Shown here: one piece after another, positions 18,553 through 28,653 of the stretch
Layout: each line of letters opens with the position of its first letter
Numbering within the stretch: position 1 is the stretch's first letter
NCBI GenBank assembly: GCA_038861545.1
Contig: JAWCCZ010000001.1
Coordinates: 192,001 to 256,000 of the forward strand
Length of the DNA: 64,000 nucleotides
Direction: 5' to 3'
Source: Thermofilaceae archaeon
Lineage (GTDB): Archaea; Thermoproteota; Thermoprotei; Thermofilales; Thermofilaceae
The notes under the pieces: generated by a model
The model's input: only the letters and a program-made list of their open reading frames with translations
Told to the model about the DNA's origin: nothing
Database searches by the model: none
Made by a program: the position numbers and the translations under genes

Positions 18553-19596
18553 GTGAAATATATTAGATTAGGCGAGAACTGTGGGCTGAGGTTTTCCCTG
18601 TTAGCATTGGGTACATGGCATTTGCCTCGATTATTGGAGAAGGATGAGGCTGGAGCCTATAAAATAGATTACGAAGGATTCAAAGGAATATTAAGAAGAG
18701 CATATGAAGAAGGACTTACTTTTATTGATACAGCCAATAGGTATCACGGTGGGATTTCCCCAGTTCCTCTAACACATGTGGGCTACGCGGAAAGGTTGTT
18801 GGGCACCGCTATCAAGGAGCTAAACTTGAACAGAGAGGAGATGGTTATTGCGACTAAGGTGGGGGTGCGAATGTCACCAGGCCCTAATGGAGAAGGTTTA
18901 AGCAGGAAACATATTATGTGGCAAATATCTGAGAGCCTGAAGCGTCTCCAAATGGACTACATTGACATCTATTATGCGCACATGTTTGATCCGGAAACGC
19001 CAAAGCTTGAGACGCTTACCACGTTTAACGACTTAGTCCGCCAGGGCCTTATCAGATACATAGGCATGAGCAATATTCCTGCGCACCAACTGGTAGAGTA
19101 TATTATGCTTTCAAGAATGAATAAGTTGGAACCCGTGACGGTGCTTCAATACCGCTACAATTTACTCGATAGAAGTGTTGAGAATGACATAATACCAGTA
19201 GCGAAACATTTCGGAGCGGGTCTTACTGCTTACTCACCTTTAGGGGAAGGATTACTGACCGGCAAGTATGTTGACTTTGGTTCAAAGAAATGGGTGTTGC
19301 CCTCTGGCTCAAGAGCAGAGTACCGTAACCTCAGTTACATGTTCACCGAATACAACTTACAGCTTTTACTTAGGTTTAAAGAGCTAGCGGAAGAGCAAGG
19401 GCTTACATTATCTCAGCTGGCAATTGCGTGGCTCCTCAACGTCGGCGAAAAAATCTGGAAGCTTCCTATAGTACCGATAATTGGTGTCACTCGGCTACAA
19501 CATTTAGAGGAAGCACTCGAAGCAACTGAGGTAAATCTATCGTATGACCTTCTAAAGGCTATAGACGAGATCACGCACAGGTTACCTTCATCTTAA
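18553..19596 (+). CDS. Aldo/keto reductase
   Basis: LGTW, FIDTANRY, IATKVG, SLKRLQMDYIDIYYAH, YIGMSN, AYSPLGEGLLTGKY. Confidence 0.92.
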   Translation: MKYIRLGENCGLRFSLLALGTWHLPRLLEKDEAGAYKIDYEGFKGILRRAYEEGLTFIDTANRYHGGISPVPLTHVGYAERLLGTAIKELNLNREEMVIATKVGVRMSPGPNGEGLSRKHIMWQISESLKRLQMDYIDIYYAHMFDPETPKLETLTTFNDLVRQGLIRYIGMSNIPAHQLVEYIMLSRMNKLEPVTVLQYRYNLLDRSVENDIIPVAKHFGAGLTAYSPLGEGLLTGKYVDFGSKKWVLPSGSRAEYRNLSYMFTEYNLQLLLRFKELAEEQGLTLSQLAIAWLLNVGEKIWKLPIVPIIGVTRLQHLEEALEATEVNLSYDLLKAIDEITHRLPSS

Positions 19597-19742
19597 ACTT
19601 ACAGCTAGTACTTGATTATGATTAAGTTGTTTCGTCGCTTAGATACTTTACTGAAACATGAATCCATGGTGATACCATGCATCTTTAAAGTAAAATCCGT
19701 ATTTCTAGCTAACTCTAGTTTGTAGATAACCGTTTTCCTAAA

Positions 19743-19862
19743 TGGCGGGCCGGCCGGGATTCGAACCCGGGACCTACGGGTAGCTTCCCCTATATTAGGG
19801 GTTAAGAGCCTCGACAGCGACTTAAACGCGACCGTCGCTCCACCAAGCTGAGCTACCGGCCC
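19743..19862 (-). tRNA. tRNA-Lys(CTT) with two introns: 22 nt at 30/31 (19810..19831) and 21 nt at 37/38 (19782..19802)
   Basis: Acceptor GGGCCGG/CCGGCCC; removing both inserts gives ACGGG-CT-CTT-AA-CCCGT; first BHB helix CGAC/GTCG; encoded CCA. Confidence 0.9.
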
Positions 19863-19969
19863 GCTGCTCCTAGTGGATCAGGGTTTTAATAAGTTTGCCT
19901 TGTATAGACTGGCTTTGGGTTGCGAAAAGCTTAAGGCTACCGTTACTCTACCAGGTAAGAGGATAAATT

Positions 19970-20131
19970 ATGCCAAGCCATGGGTCATTAACTAAGGCTG
20001 GTAAAGTCAGGAACGCCACTCCGAAGATTCCGCCTAAACCCAAGAAGAACCTAATACCGAGGAGGAGGAATGAGAGGAATTACTTAAGGAGACTTGTATA
20101 CGCATCCCATAAATCCTCAGCTGAAGCTTAG
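19970..20131 (+). CDS. rps30e: 30S ribosomal protein S30e (53 aa; absent from the ORF track)
   Basis: [34 protein letters not shown]... is the S30e signature. Confidence 0.95.
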   Translation: MPSHGSLTKAGKVRNATPKIPPKPKKNLIPRRRNERNYLRRLVYASHKSSAEA

Positions 20132-20147
20132 AGAGCTAGCCTAGGGG

Positions 20148-21497
20148 ATGAGCGAACTAGAGGGTTACGGAGACTCAGCTTCAAGGTTACTTGAGGGTGT
20201 AAGTGTTTTTGATGAAATCGAAATTGAGAGAGAAGATGGAACTGTTCTAAAAGGTGTTTTACTTCCGCGTCCACGGTATGGAGATCCCGATGTTCTAATA
20301 CTTAAATTGCCGAACGGCTATAATGTGGGTGTTAGCGCCAATAGAATTAAACGGTTACGCAAGATCGGTAGGGTTGAACCTACAAAGGAGGCAGCGGTAT
20401 TCCGGTTACCTGTTAAGCAGGAATTACCTCACGTCCATTTTATTGGTACTGGAGGTACGATAGCTTCTAGAATCGACTATTTAACCGGTGCAGTATACCC
20501 ATACTTTACTGCAGAAGAAATTTATTCAATGGTTCCAGAGCTTGAAGGAATAGCACTTATATCATGTGAAACGCTTTTCAATGTATTTAGCGAAGACCTT
20601 ACTCCTCATCATTGGTCTAAAATAGCTGAGAGAGTTGCTCAAGTGTTTGAGAAGGAGCAGCCATTGGGGGTGGTTATTGCGCACGGCACCGACACTATGG
20701 GCTATACTGCAGCTGCCTTGGCTTTCGCATTGAGGAAGATCCCAGGTCCAGTTGTACTGGTTGGTGCTCAACGCTCAAGCGATAGACCATCCTCTGACGC
20801 TGCTACAAATGTACTTGCAGCAGTTCTTACGGTGATAAAAGCTCCCTTCGCAGAGTCCGTCGTGGTAATGCATGCAGGGCTTGATGATACTAGTCTATAC
20901 GTACATAGAGGAGTTAAAGTTAGAAAAATGCACACTAGTAGAAGAGATGCATTCAGGAGCGTGAATGCGATACCATTGGCTAGGGTTTCGCTTCCTGATA
21001 AAAGATTTGATATGTTGGTCAGACGCTACTTCCCTCGCTCAAACGAGATCGTTGTAGAGAATGGATTCGACGAAAAAGTAGTTCTTCTGAAATTTTACCC
21101 TGGCATGGAACCTGAAGTATTAGATTTTCTAGTGGATAAAGGTTACCACGGTATAGTTATAGAAGGTACGGGCTTAGGGCACATAGCTACACGCTTAATC
21201 TCCTCGGTGAAGAGAGCTGTCGAAGAAGGAGTTGCAATAGCTATAGCTTCGCAATGTTTATGGGGGCGTGTTAACATAAATGTTTACAGGACAGGTGTAG
21301 AGTTGCTAAAAGCAGGCGCAATGCCAGCGGAGGACATGCTCCCCGAAACAGCTTACGCCAAGCTTTCATGGATATTGGCTAGAACTAGGGATTTAGGTGA
21401 AATAAAAAAGATTTTTTCGACAAACTTAGCGTTTGAGATGGAAGAGCGAAGTGAAAACCGTTTCTATCCTCCGCAAAGCTACATTAAAGGGGGCTGA
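20148..21497 (+). CDS. gatD: Glu-tRNA(Gln) amidotransferase subunit D
   Basis: LKLPNGYNVG, GTGGTIASRIDY, HGTDTMGY, GAQRSSDRPSSD, KMHTSRRDAF. Confidence 0.97.
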   Translation: MSELEGYGDSASRLLEGVSVFDEIEIEREDGTVLKGVLLPRPRYGDPDVLILKLPNGYNVGVSANRIKRLRKIGRVEPTKEAAVFRLPVKQELPHVHFIGTGGTIASRIDYLTGAVYPYFTAEEIYSMVPELEGIALISCETLFNVFSEDLTPHHWSKIAERVAQVFEKEQPLGVVIAHGTDTMGYTAAALAFALRKIPGPVVLVGAQRSSDRPSSDAATNVLAAVLTVIKAPFAESVVVMHAGLDDTSLYVHRGVKVRKMHTSRRDAFRSVNAIPLARVSLPDKRFDMLVRRYFPRSNEIVVENGFDEKVVLLKFYPGMEPEVLDFLVDKGYHGIVIEGTGLGHIATRLISSVKRAVEEGVAIAIASQCLWGRVNINVYRTGVELLKAGAMPAEDMLPETAYAKLSWILARTRDLGEIKKIFSTNLAFEMEERSENRFYPPQSYIKGG

Positions 21498-21538
21498 GAA
21501 AGTGTTCGTTTTATAGGGGTGTACTGTTTACTTTTGCG

Positions 21539-23440
21539 ATGCCGAAGGTCAAAGTTGGGTTAGAGATTCACCAGATGCTCGATACTAAAGAGAAACTCTT
21601 CTGTGCTTGTCCCACTGTTCTCAGACACGATGAACCTAGTATAAAGTTCAGAAGGTGGTTAAGGCTGGCTAGAAGCGAGCTCGGCGAGCTGGATCCAGCC
21701 GCTTTATTTGAGTACCAGAAGGGCAAATCGTATTTATATGAACAGTACGAAGATAGTGTTTGCCTAGTTGAAATGGACGAGGAACCCCCTCACCAGCTGA
21801 ATTCTGAGGCACTAGAAATTGCGTTATCTGTCTGTTTAATGCTCAACTGTAAAGTTGTAGACGAAGTTCAAGTTATGAGGAAAATCGTAATTGACGGGTC
21901 CAATACTACAGGTTTTCAACGCACAGCTCTAATAGGTATCGACGGTTATGTTGAAACTGAGGGGAAACGGATACCGATAAATACTGTATGTCTTGAGGAG
22001 GACGCTGCAAGGAAGATCGATGAAAATGCAAAAGAGGTCATATATAGGCTTGATAGATTAGGCATACCCTTAATTGAAATATCGACTGGACCTGTTATTG
22101 GAAGTCCTGAGGAAGCTGGTCTTGTAGCCCTTAGGATTGGACAACTTCTTCGCATGACTGGCAAAGTTAAACGTGGATTAGGAACTATCAGGCAGGATCT
22201 CAATATATCAGTGGAAGGGGGTGCAAGGGTTGAGATTAAAGGTGTCCAAGAACTGGACTTAATACCGAAGATAGTGGAGCTTGAAGCAAAGAGGCAGGTC
22301 TCTTTATTAGAGATACGGGATGAGTTGCGGAACAGAGGTGTAACAGATAATATGATTAAGACTAATGCTGTTGATCTCACGGAAGTGTTTAAAGGGACTA
22401 ATAGTCGCGTGGCTAGTAGGGCACTTGAAAGCGGCGGCTTAGCACTAGCAGTAAAGTTACCTGGTTTTGCCGGTCTCTTGGGTCGTGAAATCCAACCTGG
22501 AAGACGTCTCGGAACGGAGATGGCTGAACGCGCCCGATACTGGGCTGAAGTAGGCGGTATATTTCACAGTGACGAACTTCCCGCCTATGGTATAACATTA
22601 AGCGAAGTGGAGAATATATGTAAACTGCTAAACTGTGATAAAATGGACGCATTTGTCCTAGTTTTTGAAAGAGAAGAGAAGGCTGTCGCAGCTCTTGAGG
22701 CGGTAGTGGAAAGGGCTAGAGAGGCTCTAAAAGGTGTTCCTGAGGAAACAAGAGCTGCAAACCCGGATGGAACAACGAAGTTTACGAGGCCTATGCCGGG
22801 GAAGGCACGAATGTACCCTGAAACAGATATTAGGCCTATCAGTATAACACCGGAGCTATTAGAGAAAGTTCGAAGAGCTCTTCCAGAACTTCCAGAGGTG
22901 AAATACGAGAAATTCGTAAAAATATATGGTTTAAACCCTTCACTGGCTAAAAGAATGATTTCCTCTTACTGGCTCGATTTGTTTGAGAAAGTGGTTGAGG
23001 AGTTAAGAGCCCCACCCACGGTTGTAGCCACTACCTTGGAGGGGACACTAATTGAACTGCGCAGGGATGGAGTGCCGGTTCAGAACTTAAACGATGAACA
23101 CTTTTTTGATGTTTTTAAGTTTCTATCTAAAGGGTTGCTAGTTAAAGAAGCCATACCTATGGTCCTAAAACATTTAGCTGAGAACCCCTCTTCAAGTGTA
23201 GAACACGCGCTAAGAGAATTAGGTTTGACACCAATGAGCGAGGAAGAGGCTAGGGAAACGATTAGAAAGATGCTAAACAGTATGTCGAAAGTAATTAAGG
23301 AGAGAGGAGCTAACGCTTTCGGTCAAGTGATGGGAGTGGCGATGAAGGAACTTCGAGGTCGTGTGGATGGTGAACTAGTCAGCAAGCTTGTCAAGGAAGA
23401 GCTCGAGAAGTTCTTGGAGAAGAGAGTTTCGTCTTCTTGA
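21539..23440 (+). CDS. gatE: Glu-tRNA(Gln) amidotransferase subunit E
   Basis: VGLEIHQ, MRKIVIDGSNTTGFQRT, LDRLGIPLIEI, GLGTIRQD, ARMYPETD. Confidence 0.97.
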   Translation: MPKVKVGLEIHQMLDTKEKLFCACPTVLRHDEPSIKFRRWLRLARSELGELDPAALFEYQKGKSYLYEQYEDSVCLVEMDEEPPHQLNSEALEIALSVCLMLNCKVVDEVQVMRKIVIDGSNTTGFQRTALIGIDGYVETEGKRIPINTVCLEEDAARKIDENAKEVIYRLDRLGIPLIEISTGPVIGSPEEAGLVALRIGQLLRMTGKVKRGLGTIRQDLNISVEGGARVEIKGVQELDLIPKIVELEAKRQVSLLEIRDELRNRGVTDNMIKTNAVDLTEVFKGTNSRVASRALESGGLALAVKLPGFAGLLGREIQPGRRLGTEMAERARYWAEVGGIFHSDELPAYGITLSEVENICKLLNCDKMDAFVLVFEREEKAVAALEAVVERAREALKGVPEETRAANPDGTTKFTRPMPGKARMYPETDIRPISITPELLEKVRRALPELPEVKYEKFVKIYGLNPSLAKRMISSYWLDLFEKVVEELRAPPTVVATTLEGTLIELRRDGVPVQNLNDEHFFDVFKFLSKGLLVKEAIPMVLKHLAENPSSSVEHALRELGLTPMSEEEARETIRKMLNSMSKVIKERGANAFGQVMGVAMKELRGRVDGELVSKLVKEELEKFLEKRVSSS

Positions 23441-23699
23441 GTTGTTCTGCCACTTTCCTAATAACAGTAGTTTTTGGCTCATCTGCAGCTACAAAAATTC
23501 TTCCGCTGCTTTCAAACCAGGTAGCTGGATGCTTTGCTTCACTATCCAGTTCTGCCTCATAACCCACAGCTTTGGCAGCTTTTAATACATCCTCCGCCGA
23601 AACTGGTGTTACAGCTAGGTGAGTAGGTACTCTACGTCCTTGCCCTCTACTTTTATTTGCATCAAAATATATAGGCCACAGTATCAACTTTTTGGCCAC
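23391..23699 (-). CDS. srp19: Signal recognition particle 19 kDa protein
   Basis: LWPIYFDANKSRGQGRRVP motif; next to S8e. Confidence 0.93.
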   Translation of the reverse strand: MAKKLILWPIYFDANKSRGQGRRVPTHLAVTPVSAEDVLKAAKAVGYEAELDSEAKHPATWFESSGRIFVAADEPKTTVIRKVAEQLKKTKLSSPRTSRALP

Positions 23700-23746
23700 A
23701 GGCTACCGGTCGGTGAAGTTTAAAAAGGTGTGGAAGAGAGGTCGCC

Positions 23747-24136
23747 GTGGGTGTCTATCAAGGTAATGATCTCAGAAAAATAACCGGAGGTTTAAAAAGA
23801 CGGCATTCTAAGGTGAAGAGAAAGTACTGGATGGGTAGACCACCAACGGAAACCTTGCTGGGTAAGGAGAAAATTGCCATAATTAGAGTAATGGGGGGGA
23901 ATGATAAAGTTAGAGTAAGATTCGCTGAGTATGCTAACGTAATTGATCCTCAATCGAAACAAACGAGAAAGGTTAAGATAACGCGTGTTGTGTCAAATCC
24001 ATCTAGCCGGGATTACGATCGCAGAGGAGTTATTACTAGAGGGGCTTTAATCGAAACAGAGTTAGGTCTCGCAAGAGTCACATCTAGACCCGGTCAGGAT
24101 GGTACGGTAAACGCTGTTCTAGTGAAATCTAAATAA
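23747..24136 (+). CDS. rps8e: 30S ribosomal protein S8e
   Basis: GNDLRKITGG, RVMGGN, VTSRPGQDGTVNAVL. Confidence 0.97.
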   Translation: MGVYQGNDLRKITGGLKRRHSKVKRKYWMGRPPTETLLGKEKIAIIRVMGGNDKVRVRFAEYANVIDPQSKQTRKVKITRVVSNPSSRDYDRRGVITRGALIETELGLARVTSRPGQDGTVNAVLVKSK

Positions 24137-24155
24137 ACCTCTACTTTCAAGGCAT

Positions 24156-24890
24156 ATGCTTTCAAGAGTAAAAGTTAAGCTCGAAAGCTCGGTTTTCAAA
24201 GACAAGGTGCTAGTAGCCGGATTTCATGGAATAGGCTATGTTGGTTACTTAACGGTTAAACACCTGGTTAAAGTTTTAAATGGAAGGCTTGTAGGTCATA
24301 TTCTCACCGTGTGGATGCCTCAGTTTGTAGCATCTACGCCGGATGGGATCTCTACTCCTTATGAAATCTATGACTTGGGAGAGTCGATTCTCTTTGTTCC
24401 GAATGTGCCAATGTCCCGTTATGATGTGAACCTTGTCCCCTTAGCATTAGCGGAGGCTAGTATATCGGGCGGGGCTAGGCTCGCTTTATTAATTGGTGGG
24501 CTTGATAATAGATTTAGGAAAGATGAGGGGGATTTTAGGTATGCAGCAACTCATGCTTTCCTAGCAGCTCACGGAGAGTTCATAAGGGACGCTAAAAGAC
24601 TTGAAGAGGGATTATATATAGTAGGTCCTTTAGCTACAATGCTGGCCTATTACTCTGCGTATGATTTTCCAGCCGTAGCCATCTTACCCTATGCGGATCC
24701 CAGCGGTGTAGACCCGCTTGCAGCTAAGGTAGCCGTAGATTTCATCTCGAGAATGCTGGGCGTCAAGGTGGATACTTCTGAGCTTGTACAGTTAGCAGAA
24801 GAGAAGGTAAAGCTGGAAAAAGAACTGGAGGAGATAAGGAAAAAGGCCACGAGAGGTGAAGAAGGAGCAGTTCCCACGTTCTACGTGTGA
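24156..24890 (+). CDS. PAC2-family proteasome assembly chaperone-like protein
   Basis: GFHGIGYVG, LIGGL, IVGPLA, DPLAA; C-terminal FYV (HbYX-like). Confidence 0.85.
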   Translation: MLSRVKVKLESSVFKDKVLVAGFHGIGYVGYLTVKHLVKVLNGRLVGHILTVWMPQFVASTPDGISTPYEIYDLGESILFVPNVPMSRYDVNLVPLALAEASISGGARLALLIGGLDNRFRKDEGDFRYAATHAFLAAHGEFIRDAKRLEEGLYIVGPLATMLAYYSAYDFPAVAILPYADPSGVDPLAAKVAVDFISRMLGVKVDTSELVQLAEEKVKLEKELEEIRKKATRGEEGAVPTFYV

Positions 24891-26494
24891 AGCTTAAAGA
24901 CCATTTTCACAAAGGAAATAACATCGCTAACGCTTTTAAATGACCTAGTATAAGCCGGTAGCCCCTGTTTTCTGAGTCGCTCAGCAATTTTCTTTGCCGC
25001 ATGTTCCTGCTCTTCATCGTACACGATAATAGCTACTTTATGACAACCTAAGCCCGTTAAATACCAAGCTACATCGGCGGCAATTGTCTGAGCATTCATA
25101 GTTTTCTTTAAATCGATCGCTGATTCGTGCTGTGAAAGTGGGTATACAGAGTCTAACTCTATGGGAATGGGTCCGAAAGCACCGGTTACTACAACAATAT
25201 GCACTTTATTGCTTAGCTCTACATCGCTAGTAACTTGTTTTTTAAGATCAGCTATCCATCCAAATCTGGAAAACGGCTTAATCTCAGTTTCAAGTGCCAA
25301 GATTACCGCATTAGCTGCAGGAGGCGTATATCGGCTTCTCAGCCTTGAAAGGTGCCGGTAAACCTCTGGTCTTGCTCTGCTAATTTCTTCATAAAAGAAT
25401 AATCCACTAACTAAGCCTTTTGTAACTTTATGGAATTTCTCAACATAAAAGGTGTATTTTCTAAACTCATTAAGTGCTTTGGCTAGGCTTGGGTGGCTAC
25501 GAGCTCTTAGCTCAATTAGTTCCCACAACCTGCCCTCATGTATAGCATTTTTAATTCTTCTAAGCTCTCCTCTCAGTACATTTAGGTTATGGACAGCTAT
25601 CATGTAAACGCGTTCTTGGTAAGGCATTTCAGTGAATTCTTTCACCGTTAGTTTAGAGCAGATAGAGCACTCACAAGGAAGATCCCCCATTTCTTCTAAC
25701 ATGTAAACACCGTGAGGGGTCATGTAACGTCCTCTTCTGGCATACAAAGCATAGGAGGCTGAATCGAAGAGGTCAGCTCCCATGGCAACGGCTAGTGCTA
25801 ACATGTGAGGGTTGCCAGCGCCGAATAAGTGAACTGGCTTACCTGGAGGAAGGTAAAGTTTAGCTGTCATGAAGAGGCGGACTAGTTCACTGTAGCTATA
25901 ATTCATCATCAATTGAACAGGTCCACCAACTGCATATAGATCAAAATCTAAGGTAGCCATCTCTGTAGCCGATCTGAAAACAAGATCCAGGTAGGTACCC
26001 CCTTGGATAGGGCCAACGAGTAACATACCTTTCCTATCAATAGCCAATGCTTCTCGAGCTCTTCTGAGAGTCTCCTCAACTTCTCTGGCCACAGTTTCAC
26101 GAGACGAGCCGTACCTGGTCGGAATGTCCAGTATCACACCAATATCGCTGCCTAAGTTAACCTGGTACTCAACAATTTCAAGTGGTGCAACCTCGACTTC
26201 ACCGTACTCCATAAGCTGGTAAGCCCCAGAATCCGTCATTATTGGACATTTAATACCCAAGATCCCATGCACACCCAGTTCCAAGCCGACGCCCCCGTAA
26301 CGCTTTTTGATTAAATAAGCATTAGTCATTACTAGGTTGAAACCCAAATTAACGATTTCGCTAGGAGGAACTAAATTTTTCCCGGGGTCGATAACCGGGG
26401 CTAAGGTTGGTGTTTCAACACTCTCTCTTCGTGTTCTGAGCTGGCCAATCCTACCCAATAGATCCTCTTCTTTTATTTCGAAGTAATCACTCAT
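24881..26494 (-). CDS. tgtA: Archaeosine tRNA-guanine(15) transglycosylase
   Basis: MTDSGAYQL, GPIQGG, PVHLFGAG, DLFDSASY, CECSIC...HN zinc site; start MSDYFEIK at 26494 overlaps the Lsm stop (ATGA). Confidence 0.95.
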   Translation of the reverse strand: MSDYFEIKEEDLLGRIGQLRTRRESVETPTLAPVIDPGKNLVPPSEIVNLGFNLVMTNAYLIKKRYGGVGLELGVHGILGIKCPIMTDSGAYQLMEYGEVEVAPLEIVEYQVNLGSDIGVILDIPTRYGSSRETVAREVEETLRRAREALAIDRKGMLLVGPIQGGTYLDLVFRSATEMATLDFDLYAVGGPVQLMMNYSYSELVRLFMTAKLYLPPGKPVHLFGAGNPHMLALAVAMGADLFDSASYALYARRGRYMTPHGVYMLEEMGDLPCECSICSKLTVKEFTEMPYQERVYMIAVHNLNVLRGELRRIKNAIHEGRLWELIELRARSHPSLAKALNEFRKYTFYVEKFHKVTKGLVSGLFFYEEISRARPEVYRHLSRLRSRYTPPAANAVILALETEIKPFSRFGWIADLKKQVTSDVELSNKVHIVVVTGAFGPIPIELDSVYPLSQHESAIDLKKTMNAQTIAADVAWYLTGLGCHKVAIIVYDEEQEHAAKKIAERLRKQGLPAYTRSFKSVSDVISFVKMVFKLHT

Positions 26495-26937
26495 GCTGGT
26501 AGTTTCTGTTTTTCTTTCCACTCTTCTACGAATTTATCGAATATACTCCTTACTCTCTCGGCAATGGGTCCAGTTCCCTCAACACCTCTTTCGGTGACTC
26601 TGATTCTCTCCAGTACGGTTATTACCCTCGCCTCTGGTATGTACTTTATCATCTTAGGAAACACCTCCTCAAGCCTCCTTGCAAGTTCTTCCATATCTAG
26701 AGGGGCTTCAGTTAACCGGACATCGACTATTACATGGCCGTAAACTATTAACCTTGGGTAGGTTTCACCTTTCGATGTTCTAGCGTCTCTTAAGATGATA
26801 TTATATCTGGAGGTTTCGTAGCCAAGTAAAATACCTTCATAGCTGTCACCGTTAACGGTTCTTACAACTACATGCTTGTCGACTAAGGAGCTGAACTCGG
26901 CGTTAAACCTTCTTAAAGCCGTATCAACAACTGCCAT
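26491..26937 (-). CDS. Sm/Lsm-like RNA-binding protein with C-terminal domain (SmAP3)
   Basis: Sm1/Sm2 motifs plus C-terminal ELARRLEEVFP...GVEGTGPIAERV; conserved linkage to tgtA. Confidence 0.88.
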   Translation of the reverse strand: MAVVDTALRRFNAEFSSLVDKHVVVRTVNGDSYEGILLGYETSRYNIILRDARTSKGETYPRLIVYGHVIVDVRLTEAPLDMEELARRLEEVFPKMIKYIPEARVITVLERIRVTERGVEGTGPIAERVRSIFDKFVEEWKEKQKLPA

Positions 26938-27026
26938 CGCAAAAGGGAGGATGAAGAGTGGTTATAAGCATATGCCTGGAATACTTGTGTACCGATAAGT
27001 TGGACGCACGCCAATACTGAATACTT

Positions 27027-27401
27027 ATGTTGCGGAATAGTTTTAAGCCAGTATTTGTGCTCCTCCCTGTGGAGCTTATATTAACTGCTATTGAAAGTTA
27101 CGACTACGCTAATGTTAAAGCACTAAGCTTTCAAGGTGAAGGTTTAGAAATAAGGCTTGAACTACCTCAAAAAATTATCGAAGAAGTGAACTGGAATCCC
27201 TCGCTGGGCGACAGAGTTGTAGTAGAGTTATCCGAAAAAATAAGTGACCTTAAGGAATGGGATATCGTTCTCTCAGGCACTCTTCTCAGAATGGAAGCTG
27301 ATTTTGCAGTATACAGCTTTGGGGGCCTACTTTGCTCAATCAGGGGCTCTTCAGTAGGAGCTCCTAAGAAAGCCCACTTTGCCCTACGCGTGAAGCGGTA
27401 G
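27027..27401 (+). CDS. rpoG: DNA-directed RNA polymerase subunit Rpo8 (RpoG, RPB8 ortholog)
   Basis: OB-fold size; SFGGLL motif; crenarchaeal tgtA-Lsm-rpoG neighbourhood; real start probably a little downstream. Confidence 0.75.
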   Translation: MLRNSFKPVFVLLPVELILTAIESYDYANVKALSFQGEGLEIRLELPQKIIEEVNWNPSLGDRVVVELSEKISDLKEWDIVLSGTLLRMEADFAVYSFGGLLCSIRGSSVGAPKKAHFALRVKR

Positions 27402-27433
27402 CGTTTTTTAGCCCCGAATACTAGGTTCAATTA

Positions 27434-27721
27434 ATGATAACGCGTAGCGAGCTTGAGTCCCTTGTATCCTGGGCAAGATCAGCTTCTCGCAAAGTTCGAG
27501 TATACTTTAGGGGTTACAAATATGTTCTAACAGTTAGCAGATATGTAGAGGCCACAGACATCTCTGGTCGTGCAGTTCCATGGGCTACTGCCTTCGGGTC
27601 CAAAGCTCCACATGATGTGCTATCTTCTTTCAAAATCGAAAGGGTTGTCCTCGAGGAGGAAGGTCATACTAAGACATTCAACAGTATTGAAGAACTGCTA
27701 AAGCATGCCGGTATCCGTTAA
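27434..27721 (+). CDS. Hypothetical protein
   Basis: 95-aa ORF filling the gap with plausible composition. Confidence 0.65.
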   Translation: MITRSELESLVSWARSASRKVRVYFRGYKYVLTVSRYVEATDISGRAVPWATAFGSKAPHDVLSSFKIERVVLEEEGHTKTFNSIEELLKHAGIR

Positions 27722-28176
27722 TATACTTTAACCTCCCATCGGAGAATCTTTTGGTAATCTTTATCAAACCAGAATTTACCTTCCACTGTTTTACCGGCCA
27801 AAACCTGTGGTAACCATACCCTATCATCTTCCCACATTTCACAGTAGGGTAAGGACTCAATATCATACCACTGAGGTTCTGCCTCTTCACTCGGTTTTGG
27901 TTCACCCTCGAATTTCTTAGAGCGGTATATATACACGACCCAATCGGGGTTATCGTTTGTTGAGTAAAACTCTAGCTTGCCAGCAGGCTCCAGCTCCAAT
28001 ATTTTAACGCTAACTTCTTCTAAAACCTCCCTGATAGCTGCCTCAACTGGAGACTCACCTACCTCGATACGGCCTCCAACACCGTTAAGCTTACCTTTAC
28101 CGAAACCAACTTTTTTCCGTATTAACAGCACCTTCCCATTTTTCTCCAAGAAGCACAGCGTAGCAAACGTAACCAT
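27718..28176 (-). CDS. NUDIX hydrolase, MTH1-like 8-oxo-dGTPase
   Basis: Nudix box GGRIEVGESPVEAAIREVLEEVS; MWEDDRVWL. Confidence 0.9.
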   Translation of the reverse strand: MVTFATLCFLEKNGKVLLIRKKVGFGKGKLNGVGGRIEVGESPVEAAIREVLEEVSVKILELEPAGKLEFYSTNDNPDWVVYIYRSKKFEGEPKPSEEAEPQWYDIESLPYCEMWEDDRVWLPQVLAGKTVEGKFWFDKDYQKILRWEVKVY

Positions 28177-28206
28177 CCCGAATGTAAAAGTAGAAGCAGT
28201 TTAAAA

Positions 28207-28653
28207 TTAACGGTTAAAACCTTTTATCCAATGTTTTAGTTTTCTAAGCAAAGTTCTTTTTTCCTTTAAAATACCGTTAACGTTGGTATAGGTTCCTAAG
28301 AGTTCGGTTACCCAGTTTTCTTTGAGCAATTCATCCAAGAGTGTGGATAACCCTCTTTTTAGTATAATGTCGCTTTTCTCTGACCCTTTTATTGCTGAGT
28401 GTACTATTCGAATCATTTTATCACTACTGAATCCTTTCAGCCATGCGTACCCAATAATCGCCTCATAAAGATCCTCTGGAAGATTATCGCCGATCCTTCG
28501 CAACCCCTTTTTTAAGGCTACGTCGCGGAGGATTCTATTGGGAACCCGGATTCCTTGCGGCGAACCTGTAGATAAAGTGAGAGCAGCGGAAGCTATGAAG
28601 TTCACTACTACATCTCCAAATCTAGCAAGCTCCTTTAGTCTTAGGTAGCTCAT
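28207..28653 (-). CDS. Archaeal RNase III-like domain protein
   Basis: LARFGDVVVNF...DLYEAIIGYAWL; typical position after rpoL. Confidence 0.75.
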   Translation of the reverse strand: MSYLRLKELARFGDVVVNFIASAALTLSTGSPQGIRVPNRILRDVALKKGLRRIGDNLPEDLYEAIIGYAWLKGFSSDKMIRIVHSAIKGSEKSDIILKRGLSTLLDELLKENWVTELLGTYTNVNGILKEKRTLLRKLKHWIKGFNR

